64,000 nt of DNA from Camelus ferus (taxonomy: Eukaryota): assembly GCF_009834535.1 (NCBI RefSeq), contig NC_045715.1, positions 21,018,001-21,082,000 on the forward strand, given 5' to 3'. The notes under the pieces were generated by a model. It made no database searches and was not told the origin of the DNA. It saw only the letters and a list, made by a program, of their open reading frames with translations. Of the stretch, positions 14,600-27,003 are shown one piece after another. The first letter of the stretch is position 1. Each line of letters opens with the position of its first letter. A program made the position numbers and the translations under genes.

Positions 14600-16100
14600 T
14601 TTTTAAATGCTAACTAAAAGCCCTAACCCAGGCACCAGGATGTCCGTAGGGGTCAGAGGCGGGGAGGTGCGGGACGCCTGGAGTTCAGAAGTTCGATTCG
14701 GGTGGGAAGGTCTGAGTAAGGAGCCGCCCACAAAGAACTCGAAATTCAGGGGGGAGGGGGATTGTGAGGGTCGCTCAGGTCGAACAACTGGTCGAATCCA
14801 AGCGAGCGTGAGTCAGCGCGGCCCTACAGGCCGTCCGTCCCCTGGTAGGGGGTGGGTCGTATATTGGCAGTGGAGTAGAGTAGGGCAAAAGAAACTGGGC
14901 CAAGCCGCACTTTTATCTCGAGGGACCTCGAGGACTCTCCGTGTCTCTGGAGACAAGGGCACTACAAGCACTTCAGGATGGAGAGTTGTAAGATGCAGGC
15001 CTGGCGCGGGCGGGCGGGCGGTTAGGGGTTGGGGGTAGGGTCTGCCCGGTCTACCTTAAGCCCTACTCTGGCGGACGACAAAATACTGAGGACTACCTTT
15101 CCCCAGTTTGTTTCCCCAGCGTCTCCCTGGGGAGAGAGCTCCGTGTTCCGTTGCGGGTCGCCTGAATTGGGAAGTAGGGTGAATCAACCGAGAAATCGGA
15201 CCCCCGAGTCGCTGGTACCGCAGGGCCTGAAGAGGCCACCTCTCAGTTCCCAGGATATGTTTGCTGCTTCTCCCTCTCTCCGCCGCTCTAAAGAGATCGC
15301 TCCGCCTATTTCCTCCCCCGCTCTTAGGGCGCAATGGATTGTTCCATTGCCCCTCCTGTCTGGGGCCTGAGTTGCGGAGGACGCTGGCACGGTTGCTAGG
15401 GAAAGCCCCGGACGTGACGGCTAAGCGCGACCCCGAGCAGCCTCCCCTCCCGGCCGTCATTCCCCTGCGCGCGTTTTCCTTACACCCTTCCCCTCCCCCA
15501 CGTGGGTTCCAGGCTGGGGAGAAGTAAACAGCGGGCGGGGCGAGGCTCGCGGACCAAGGCCAGGTGGGAGTTTGCACGCTTAAAGGGGCCTGCGCTGCTG
15601 CTCAGGGGTCTTTTCTTGCGAAACCCCGGTCGTGCATGGCTAGGATGATGCATTAGGAAGATCCTGGGCCTAGAGATAAAAGTACCCGCTGAGTTGGGGG
15701 TGGGGCTTGGGTGCGCATTGGTGTGCGTCTACGTTTGTGGGGAGAGGACTGGAGGAAGTTAAAAGTAGGATATTCTGTGACAAGGTGTGGGAACCGGCAG
15801 GGGAGGCTTGATTGCCAGCCGTCTGTTCCGAAGGGAGGGGCTGTTGTCACCTCTCTCACAGGCCCCCATCTCCCTCTTCTCAGGCGGGAGCATGCCGGGG
15901 CTCCGGGGGCTGCGGCTCCCCCCGGCAGGGTTCCTGTTCCTGTTGCCATTCCTGCTGCTGCTGCTGCCCGCAGCCCCTGCGCCCCATCGGACTTCCTACA
16001 AGCCGGTCATCGTGGTACACGGGCTCTTTGACAGCTCGTACAGCTTCCGCCACCTGCTGGAATACATCAATGAGGTCTGGCAGGGGACACCCGGTTGTGG
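14600..16100. promoter_or_regulatory. CpG-rich promoter region of PPT2 (probably divergent)
   Basis: High GC and CpG density, GC boxes, X-box-like GTTGCTAGGGAAAG at 15392; acceptor of the first coding exon at 15883/15884. Confidence 0.75.
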
Positions 16101-19100
16101 GGCTTTGGAAGTGTCTACAGTGGCTGGGGAAGGAGAATGGGGAACTGAAAGCTGCCCTTCCGGGCCTGCCCAGTTGCTCGGGGAGAAAGTTGGGGGCCCG
16201 AGATCCCTGGTTCTAGCTGGGCACAATAGGCATATGGGTGCTGGCCAGGGGGCGGTGTGGAGGCGCTTCGTAGTTCAACCCCAGTTGCGGCATTGCCCCN
16301 NNNNNNNNNNNNNNNNNNNNNNNNNNNNNNNNNNNNNNNNNNNNNNNNNNNNNNNNNNNNNNNNNNNNNNNNNNNNNNNNNNNNNNNNNNNNNNNNNNNN
16401 NNNNNNNNNNNNNNNNNNNNNNNNNNNNNNNNNNNNNNNNNNNNNNNNNNNNNNNNNNNNNNNNNNNNNNNCCTCTCCCCACCCCAACTCCTAAGCCCTA
16501 TCTGAGGCTCAATCCTTACCTAAGTGTTCTCTTTGATGAATCACCTTCCTCCAGCCAAATCCCTGGTACTCGAGCCCTCCTTTTCTGACCTCCTTCTGCA
16601 CCTAGGTCTTATCTCTCTGTGTGACCTCCCTGCACTGCTGCCCCTTTCTTTATCCATTACCCATCGGTCTTGGACATAAGGGACAGTGGGACAGTAAAGA
16701 GCACCCTAGAGTTAGTCAGAAGCCCCAGCATGGAATTCTGGCTCTGTCTCTTACAAGATGGGGGATGTTTTGACAGGGTGTGCTTGCCTCCTTCGGGCCA
16801 GGTTTCCTTTATGTACATTGTGTGTGTCGGGGGGCCGGTGGAATGGGGGGACTGTTGGCCTGGCAGTCCCTAAGTCCCTCCCAATGTTGTGTTCCGCCGC
16901 CAGGGGGCCTCGTGTGCCGGGCACTGCTCTCAGTGATGGATGAACACAATGTGGATTCTTTCATCTCCCTCTCCTCTCCACAGATGGGACAGTATGGAGG
17001 TGAGTGGGCACTTGCGGGCTCCATAAGGGGGCCCTGAGTTTTGTGAGTACAAATGTTTGGGGTCACTTGGCCCTGCTGTTCTCTCGCCAGACACGGACTA
17101 TTTGAAGTGGCTGTTCCCCACCTCCATGAGGTCTAACCTCTACCGGATCTGCTATAGCCCCTGGGGCCAGGAATTCTCCATCTGCAACTACTGGCACGGT
17201 GAGTAAGGCATGCCAAATGGAGGCCTCCATGGAAAGGGCATCCTGGAGGGTAGGGCCTGCTGTTCCCACCTGTGCCATAACCAGCAGCAGTGATAATAAT
17301 GATGGTGGCTTACATTTACTGAGCACTTACTGTGTGAACCTGCACTGTTTAAAACGTTTTATGTGTATCACCTTACTGCCTTAGCCAAATCTGGTGCAGG
17401 GGTTGGCAGACTTTGTCCTTAAAGGGCCAGATGGTAAATATTTTTAGTTTTGCAGGCCATCCAGTCTCCACCACAACCACTCAGTTCTGCTGCAGTAGTG
17501 TAAAAGTGGCCATAGACCATATGTAGATGAATGAGTGTGTCTCTGTTCCAATAAAAAGTTATTTACAGAAACAAACGGTGAACTGGATTTGGCTAATGAG
17601 TCATAGTTTGCAAATGCCTCGTATAGTTTTTAAGACCATGGATACTGGGTCCAGACTTCTTGGGTTGGAAGCCTGGCCCTGCTGGGTGACTTTGAGCAAG
17701 TTTCTCAGGCTTTCTGTGACTCAATTTTCCTCATTTATAATGATGACATTTATATATCCTCATCTAAAATAATGATATAGTGCATACCCTTATAGGGTAG
17801 ATATGGATTAAATAAACGAATGAATGTAATGTACTTTGAATAGTATCTGGCTCATGGTAGGTGCTAGATGAAGATGTTTGCTAGCATGTTTACAATTACT
17901 ATTATTGATACCATTGTATTACTATTCACCTTGTCTATTACTGTAGCCTCTTGATTGTTCTTTTAGCCTCTGGTCTTGCCTCCTCTCCCTGCTTCTGACT
18001 GTCTTTCTAACTGCTGTTTGTACCCAGACCCCCACCATGATGACTTGTACCTCAATGCCAGCAGCTTCCTGGCCCTGATCAATGGAGAAAGAGACCATCC
18101 CAATGCCACTGGTGAGACCCTGGGCTCCTACCTGGGACCCATTTTCTGCTTCTCTGAGCCCCGATGTTCCCCTTTCCAACCTGGCCTGACCCCTATGACT
18201 GACTAAGGCTCTCTTCTTCCCACCCTGCAGTGTGGCGGAAGAACTTTCTTCGTGTGGGCCGCCTGGTGCTGATTGGGGGCCCTGATGATGGTGTCATTAC
18301 CCCCTGGCAATCCAGGTAATAAGAGACTGTGTGGCTTGAACATTGCCTCAGGACACCCCCAGGCCTCATCAATCTTTTATATGTTTTCTGAAACTGGCTC
18401 ACTCCTCCCACTCTCTGTTGAGTTAATACCCCCACCCTCCATCCGTCTTGTTACCCAAGACCAAAACCTGGGAGTCATCTCCCAGCCTCTCATAGCTAGC
18501 CGGTCACTAAACCCTGCTGACTGTACTGCCTCTCCATCCCTACTATCCCCCCTTGTAAAAACTTTTAACTTTAAAATATTTACAGGCTCATAGGAAGTTG
18601 CAGAGATAGTTTAGAGAGGTCCTGTGTAGCCTTTGCTCAGTTTCCCCCAGTGGTTGCCGCCTATGTAACTATAGCGCAATATCAAAACCAGGAAATGGAC
18701 TTTGGTAGAATATGCGTATATAGTTCCATGCCATTTAATCACATTTCCTACCATCTCTTTTACTTACCTGGACTATGTCCCCTCTATCCTATTCCTCAGG
18801 AAAAGCCAGAGCTCCTGGTACTATGTGGCTGCCTCTGATCATCATGACTGATCTGAAATGTCACCTGATCTACTTTAGTCACTCAACACTCATTGAACAC
18901 TGTGCCCAGGCATTTTCCTAGGCCCTGGGGATGCTCCCATAAATGAAAGAGAAGTCCATACAGTCTAGTGGGGGAGACAGATAATAAATGTAAATATATA
19001 TGCCAGGTGGTGATAAAGTAAGATAAGGGAAGGGATTAGAGTATGACTGGGGCCTATTTTATTTTATTAAAAAATTTTTGGGGGGGGGATTAGGTTTATT

Positions 19101-21625
19101 TATTTATTTATTTGTAATTAGGTTTATTTATTTTTAACAGAGGTACTAGGGATTGAACCCAGGACCTCATGCATGCTAAGCAAGTGGTCTACCGCAGAGC
19201 TATACCCTCACCCGACAGGGGCCTTTTTAAGATAGTGGCCAGAGAAGTCTTTCTGGGAGATTTGCCATTTGAGCAGAAGGAAGTGAGGGAAGGAGTTGTT
19301 CAACAACCTGGGGGAAGAACAACCCAGGGAAGATGAATAGCACCTGCAAAGGCCCTGGGGCAGGTGTGAGGAGTTAAGGAGGCCCCTGTGCCTAGAATGC
19401 AGGGAAGTGTGAAGAGCAGGTGGGAGGTACAGGGAGCTAGTTACAGAGAGCCTCTGTAGGGCAAAGTAAGGCCCCCCCTTTTTTTTTTTCCCTAAAATAT
19501 ACATAGTATAAAATTTACTCTTTTTGAGTGTATAGTTCAGTGGCATCAAGTCTGTTCACGTTCTTTTTTAAAAATTAAAAAAATGTCTTAAATATGGGAT
19601 GCTTCACAAATTTGCATGTCATCCTTGCGCAGGGGTCATGCTAATCGTCTGTCTCTGTATCGTTCCAGTCTTGGTATATGTGCTGCTGAAGCAAGCACCC
19701 ACTCACAATCTTATGTAGCCATCACCACTATCTCAAGAACTTTTTTTTTCTTCCCAAACTGAAACCTCAAACCCTTTAAATGCATCCCTGCTTCTCCCTG
19801 GCTCCTGCCAACCATGGCCCTTGATTTTTTTTTTTTTTTTTAATTCTAAGTGAGATGGGAACATCTTGGAGGATTTTGAGTGAAGGAGTAACATTCCTTA
19901 TAAAGGTTAGAGATGGGATTTCTTTTTATCTCATTTCACATCTACTAGAATCCTATGTAAATAATAATGGCTCAAGGTTATATAGCACCTTTATGTCCCA
20001 AAGCATTATTCTAAGTACTTTTCAAATAACATTTATACATGCATAGAGTTAGTAAGTGGTGAGGTCAGGCTGTGTGACTTAACCACAGTGTTTTAGTTCC
20101 TGTCTACAAAGGAGGTATTATAGGGCAAAGAAGACCAGCAGCATGATCAACCACACACAGCGGGGAGCGTGTGGCAGAGCTGGAGTTCAAATCCAGGTCT
20201 TTGTGCCCCTACTGCTCTCCTACACTTTATGAGATCCAGCCCTCCAACCCAGCACCTCCATGTACCCAGCTGTGTCTTACCTCTGTGCCATTGCTTTTGC
20301 TGTTCCATTTGCCTGGGACAGCCTTCCCTAGTCCAAGGTCATTGCTGGGAAGCCTTTGTTGATGCTCTAAAACTAGGGTAGTGACCTCTCCTCTTTGTTC
20401 CCATAACCCACTGGACTTAACACTATTAGATATTTCTTTAGTTATCCTTGGTCAGTGTCCACGCCAGTTAAATCTTCTTAATTTAAAGAATGTTAAGACC
20501 TTTATATTTTGAAATATCATACTTAAGAAGTTGCCAAAGTAGTACAAAGCAGTCTTGTATATCTTCACCTAGATTTCCCCAAATGTTAACATTTTGCCAA
20601 GTTTACATTACATTACCCCACCCCCCATATATATATGGAGGATGTGTATGAACCATTTGAGAGTAGATTGCAGACACAATATCTCTTTCCCTTAAAACTT
20701 CAATATGTCCATGTCTCTTTCCTATATACAGGACATTTCTTTTATGTATCCACAATATAATGATCAAAATCAGGAAATGAACATTGATACAGTACTCTGG
20801 AGACCTTATTCAAGAATCTCTCCATTGTCCTTATAGAAAAAAATGTCCAGTGCAAAATCCAACCCATGATCACGTGTTGCCTTTACTTGTCTCTTTTGCC
20901 TCTTTTAATCCGGAAAGCTCCCTCAGTCTCTGGCCATGACATTGATATTTCTGAAGCATATGAGCTGGCTATTTTATAGAATGTCCCTCAGTTTGGGTTT
21001 GTTGGCTAGTTTGTCATGATTAGATTCAGGGTATGCATTTTTGATGGGAATTCTGCAGAAGCGATGCTGTATCCTCAGTGCATCACCTTATGAGGTACAT
21101 GATACCCAGTTAAATATTTTGAGTGTCCTCCTTGCTGCCCATGTCCCCAACAGGCCACGCGTTCCTGAAGGACCCTAGCCCACCTTGATTTTCTCCATCT
21201 CTCCTGATAACCTTCTCCTCCTTACCCTCCAATCTCTTTGTAGCTTCTTTGGTTTCTATGATGCAAACGAGACGGTCTTGGAGATGGAAGAGCAACTGGT
21301 GAGTCCCCTGGAGTTACTTCCCCTTTCTGCATGCACTGTCCCATCTCAGTCTGTGGCCCTCCCTGCCACTGACATGTGAGCTGAAGGGTTCACCCTGTGG
21401 GGAAGGGGTCTGGGACACCAGCAGGAACTCACTTTGTCTCTCCCTGTGTCTTTCTTCCATGTCCCTTCACCCTCCTTGAAGGTTTATCTGCATGATTCTT
21501 TTGGGTTGAAGACTCTCTTGGCCCGGGGGGCCATAGTGAGGTGTCCGATGGCTGGGATCTCCCACACGGTCTGGCACTCCAACCGTACCCTCTATGAGAC
21601 CTGCATTGAACCTTGGCTCTCCTAA
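15892..21625 (+). CDS. PPT2: Lysosomal thioesterase PPT2 (palmitoyl-protein thioesterase 2), about 302 aa
   Basis: Exons 15892-16074, [second coding exon hidden in N-gap 16300-16471], 16904-16999, 17091-17198, 18028-18111, 18231-18315, 21244-21298, 21482-21625. Peptides include [39 protein letters not shown] and [23 protein letters not shown]. Confidence 0.97.
17397..17620 (+). mobile_element. MER58A-like hAT-Charlie MITE in a PPT2 intron
   Basis: CAGGGGTTGGCAGACTTTGTCCTTAAAGGGCCAGATGGTAAATATTTTTAG...GTTCCAATAAAA...CATAGTTTGCAAATGCCT. Confidence 0.85.
17640..17890. mobile_element. MIR SINE remnant
   Basis: CTGGGTGACTTTGAGCAAGTTTCTCAGGCTTTCTGTGACTCAATTTTCCTCATTTATAA is the MIR core. Confidence 0.7.
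18565..18740 (-). mobile_element. Old L1 (L1M) 3'UTR fragment
   Basis: TTTACAGGCTCATAGGAAGTTGCAGAGATAG...CAATATCAAAACCAGGAAATGGACTTTGGTAGAAT. Confidence 0.7.
19060..19212 (-). mobile_element. tRNA-Ala-derived SINE in a PPT2 intron
   Basis: GAGGTACTAGGGATTGAACCCAGGACCTCATGCATGCTAAGCAAGTGGTCTACCGCAGAGCTATACCC with a T-rich tail; TSD GGGGCCTWTTT. Confidence 0.9.
19590..19698 (-). pseudogene. U6 snRNA retropseudogene (full length, diverged), antisense in a PPT2 intron
   Basis: Reverse complement GTGCTTGCTTCAGCAGCACATATACCAAGACTGGAACGATACAGAGACAGACGATTAGCATGACCCCTGCGCAAGGATGACATGCAAATTTGTGAAGCATCCCATATTT aligns end to end with U6. It has CpG decay, a small insertion, no PSE/TATA upstream, and sits inside an L1 remnant. 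Confidence 0.93.
20495..21100 (-). mobile_element. Old L1 (L1M/L1ME) 3' fragment
   Basis: TTTATATTTTGAAATATCATACTTAAGAAGTTGCCAAAGTAGTACAAAG...ATCAAAATCAGGAAATGAACATTGATACAG. Confidence 0.7.
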
Positions 21626-22275
21626 GGGGTCCCTCAGGAACTCCTCAGCCCAGAGACCAAGTGGTAGCCTTGGACATCAGGCCCTAGTGTGCCTGTGACC
21701 ACCTCATCGCTCCCACACTGCCCCCCTCCAACCAGGGCTCCCAGGCCCCCTTCCCTGCACCTCTGTGAATGACAAGTCCTGGTCTCCTCCATCTCTTCTC
21801 TCATTTGGGGGTTGCTCCATGCTCTCCCATCCTCCCAAGCCGAGGTTGGGAAGTGAGAAACCAGGTTTTTAACTTGTGGCTGCTCCTACTGCTGCTGCTC
21901 CCCCGTCTCTGGCCGTACAGGAGGAGAACCCAGCCCCTGCCCACCACAGGGGCCTCCTTCCAGGCCACTCAGGATATTTTTAGCTTCTGTTTTCCCTATA
22001 TTCTCTTTTCTCTGAACTCCCCTGTGGTCAGCCCTCCCAAGCCCCAGGAAGGACCACCCATGAGAGTGGGGTTCTGAGGCTCCCCTATGGGGACGGTTCC
22101 GTTCTTGAAGTGTCAGTGCTGGGGAATATCTGTGGCCTGTGAGGCCCATCTCAGGTTTGGGGATCCCCCAGTCCCTATGTTCAGTATTGGGGTGCCCTCT
22201 GGGAGCCTAGTTTCTTTGAGGCTCCAGCCCCTCTTTTAGCTATCCTTGAATGGGTGTTACCCCTATATTTATGGA

Positions 22276-22281
22276 AATAAA
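22276..22281 (+). terminator. PPT2 polyadenylation signal AATAAA
   Basis: AATAAA about 650 nt after the PPT2 stop, followed by U/GU-rich sequence. Confidence 0.8.
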
Positions 22282-23768
22282 GTTTCATTTACTCAGTGTG
22301 GCTTGACTCATTTCCAGGTGAGGAGGACCCGACTCCTAGGGAGGGTGGGGATGGAGAGCCTGAGGCGTAGGTGCCCGGATGCCTGGTCTGGGGTGGGACC
22401 CCCTTGGTGTTTCCGCTCACTCAATGCCCATTCTGTGTGGGTTCCTGATTCTCTGTGGGGTCTTTCCTGCTGAGGACAATTCTCTTCCTGTCCCAGCCTA
22501 TGATTGGGGGGCTGAGCCCAGGGCTCCAGTGGTTTGTGCCCCAGCCTCATGGGTGGAATGTGCTGGCCACCCCCAGGCTAGACGAGGGGGCTGAGGGTCA
22601 GGGTGGGCATTTGTTGCGCCCCTTTTCGACCTTTGTAGGCCAGAGCCGGGTGAGGGGCTGGACAATGAGCCTCCTCTTCCTTGAAAGAAGGAATCTTGGT
22701 GGAGACAATAAGGCCCTGTCTGCCCTGGCATGGGGGTGGTGGCTGACTCAACTCTGCACCCTTCCCCAGGCACTAACAAATGTCATCAAGAAATAGGGGC
22801 AATTTTCCCCTTAGTTCCCTGGGCAGCCCCCCTCCCACCCTGCTTTGTGGTGTCTTGCCCTTCTTTCTTTCCTCAGCCTATCTCGCCTTTCTCCCATGAC
22901 CGGACCCCACTTTGTTCTCTGCCAGCTCTGCCTATCCCTGCCCCTCCAGTACTTCCCCAGCCTGTGTTGGGTTGAAGGGTGGGGGGCAAGGGCCAAGGAT
23001 ACTGCTGGTGTTATAAAGCCAGTAGCTTCTGCTGATTTGGAGGGCTGGTCCAGAAATAAGGGGCCTCAGAGGGTTGAGAAGAGACTTCTAGTGGACCCTT
23101 TGCTCAGCTGTGGGTGAAGGTGGTGGGATTTGGACCCCACTGAACTCACTGCGCTCCAGCGATGGAGGAAGCTTGTGGGAGGGGGCAGGATTGGGAGGGC
23201 TCTGTCTGGCCCCGCCCCTCTCCTTTGCAGCCCGCCTGGCCCGCCACCAGTCTGAGTTGCTGCTGAGGCTGGTTGTCCTGAAGTCTCCCAAGAAAGGGAA
23301 AGACAGGTGGGGAGAGAATGTCAATGGGGAAAGAGTAGGGGGTCACTCAGAGTCTTAGAGTGAGTGTGAGTTGGGGGGTGTTGTCTGAGTAAGGGGAGTG
23401 GGTCCAGGGTGTGTGTGGTGGTGTGGGTGTGTGAGGGTAGCAGGAATGTGTTTAAGGCGGTGTGTACAGGTGTATGGGTTTGTGTACAAGTTGTGAAGGG
23501 GTGACTATTTGAGACTTTGAAAGTAGGAAGATTAGAAGAGGGCAGGTGCAAGACAGGGCCATGAAGGGAGGTGGAGGGTGCGTGTCGTGGTGTGAGCTTG
23601 TATGATGCCGCATGGACGATGATGTGCTAAAGGAAGGGGTGGTGGTAAATGTACATGCAGGTGTGCAAATGTATGTCCTGGCCCCCTTAAAGGGAACCTG
23701 CAGACTGACTGCTCTTGTAAGGGCCAGCACTGGAGAAGTTAACAGGAGAGGGAAAGGGCCTCCATTAA

Positions 23769-25696
<1,928 letters not shown>

Positions 25697-25961
25697 GGAG
25701 CCTCTGCAGAGCCCCTGCCCCCCTAATTTATACAGAAACTGGACCCACTAATCCTCCAAGATTTGCGGCTGGGGAGCTGCAGATAAGGTCATCTGCCATT
25801 AAGGAGCAACGAACAATGGAAACTTTGGAAAGCGGAAGAGAGAAGGCAGGCAGGTTGTCTTGGCCTGCCGAGTCTTCCGGCTGGGGCAGATGCCTGGGTG
25901 AGAACTGCTTTTTTAACTCTTTAACAAACACAGCCAGAAAGTGCCCATTTCGCTCTCAATC

Positions 25962-25967
25962 TTTATT
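25962..25967 (-). terminator. AGPAT1 polyadenylation signal AATAAA
   Basis: TTTATT on +, at the end of the roughly 1 kb AGPAT1 3'UTR. Confidence 0.8.
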
Positions 25968-25996
25968 CTTGGTTTCTTGCTGTTACCCAGATAATT

Positions 25997-26002
25997 AATA
26001 AA
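25997..26002 (+). terminator. EGFL8 polyadenylation signal AATAAA
   Basis: First AATAAA after the EGFL8 stop. Confidence 0.75.
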
Positions 26003-27003
26003 AATCAATCACGCAAAACTGGGTCCCAGCCTCTCCTTTTGCTCCCAGCCCACCTCCCCAGTTGCGGGCACAGGTCTGGGGTGGGGGGGCTGAAAGTGGC
26101 TAATGCCACAGGGAGGAAATGAAAACTGGCTCAGAGAGGGGAAGCCCCAAAAGAAAGAGAAATAAATTAAAAGCCTTCCCATCCCCTCCAGCCAGGGTTC
26201 AGTTCCTTTCTCCAACACCCCAGGGAGACACGAAAGCAGCATTGACATCTGTCTCCTCCCGTGTCTGGTTAGAATGGTACAGAGGGGCTGCAGGGGGCTG
26301 GGTGGGGCCAGGACCACTGAAGAATGTACCAAGAGGATGAGGGGAAGCAGAAATGTGGAGAGCAAACTGGCCTCCAAGAGTGTGCTCAACCCTGGACACC
26401 TGGACACGGGCAGGGATGAGACCTCTGAGTGAGAAAAGTCCAGCCTCCACAGACAGGAGGCTCCATAGGAGGGAGGGTGAAGGTGCTGAGGAATGTTCCC
26501 AGTACAAGCCTGAGAGGAATGTTCCAGGCATCGGCTTCCAGCCAGTGTGAGGAGTCCTCACAAATGGATGAGTCCACTAAATCCATGGACTTCTGGACTT
26601 GGGGGTGAGGAATTGTTCCACAGAACAGATGAGTCCACTGGCCAATGTGGGGTGGAGAGGGAGAGAGGACCACAAAGGACGAGGGTCCACTGGGGACAGG
26701 ATGGAGTGTTCCTACCCTGGTGTAGACTGAGCCACTGGAGATGAGGGGGAGGCAACTGTCCCACACACAAGATGGCACAGAAGGTGGGGGTCAGAGGGGA
26801 GATTGCACCTAGGCAAGAGAGTCCGTGGTGGGGCTGGGAAGGGGGCAGGGGGGGGTGCTATAACCACGTTCACTTCAAAAGTTGAAGACTCCAAAGAGGA
26901 GAACAAGTGGGGAGGAGGGGAAATGAGGAACAGGGCTTGGCCTGGTTTCAGGCCCACTGGGCTGGTAGGTGTGGAGAAGGTGGGGGGTAGCCGGGAGGGG
27001 AGC

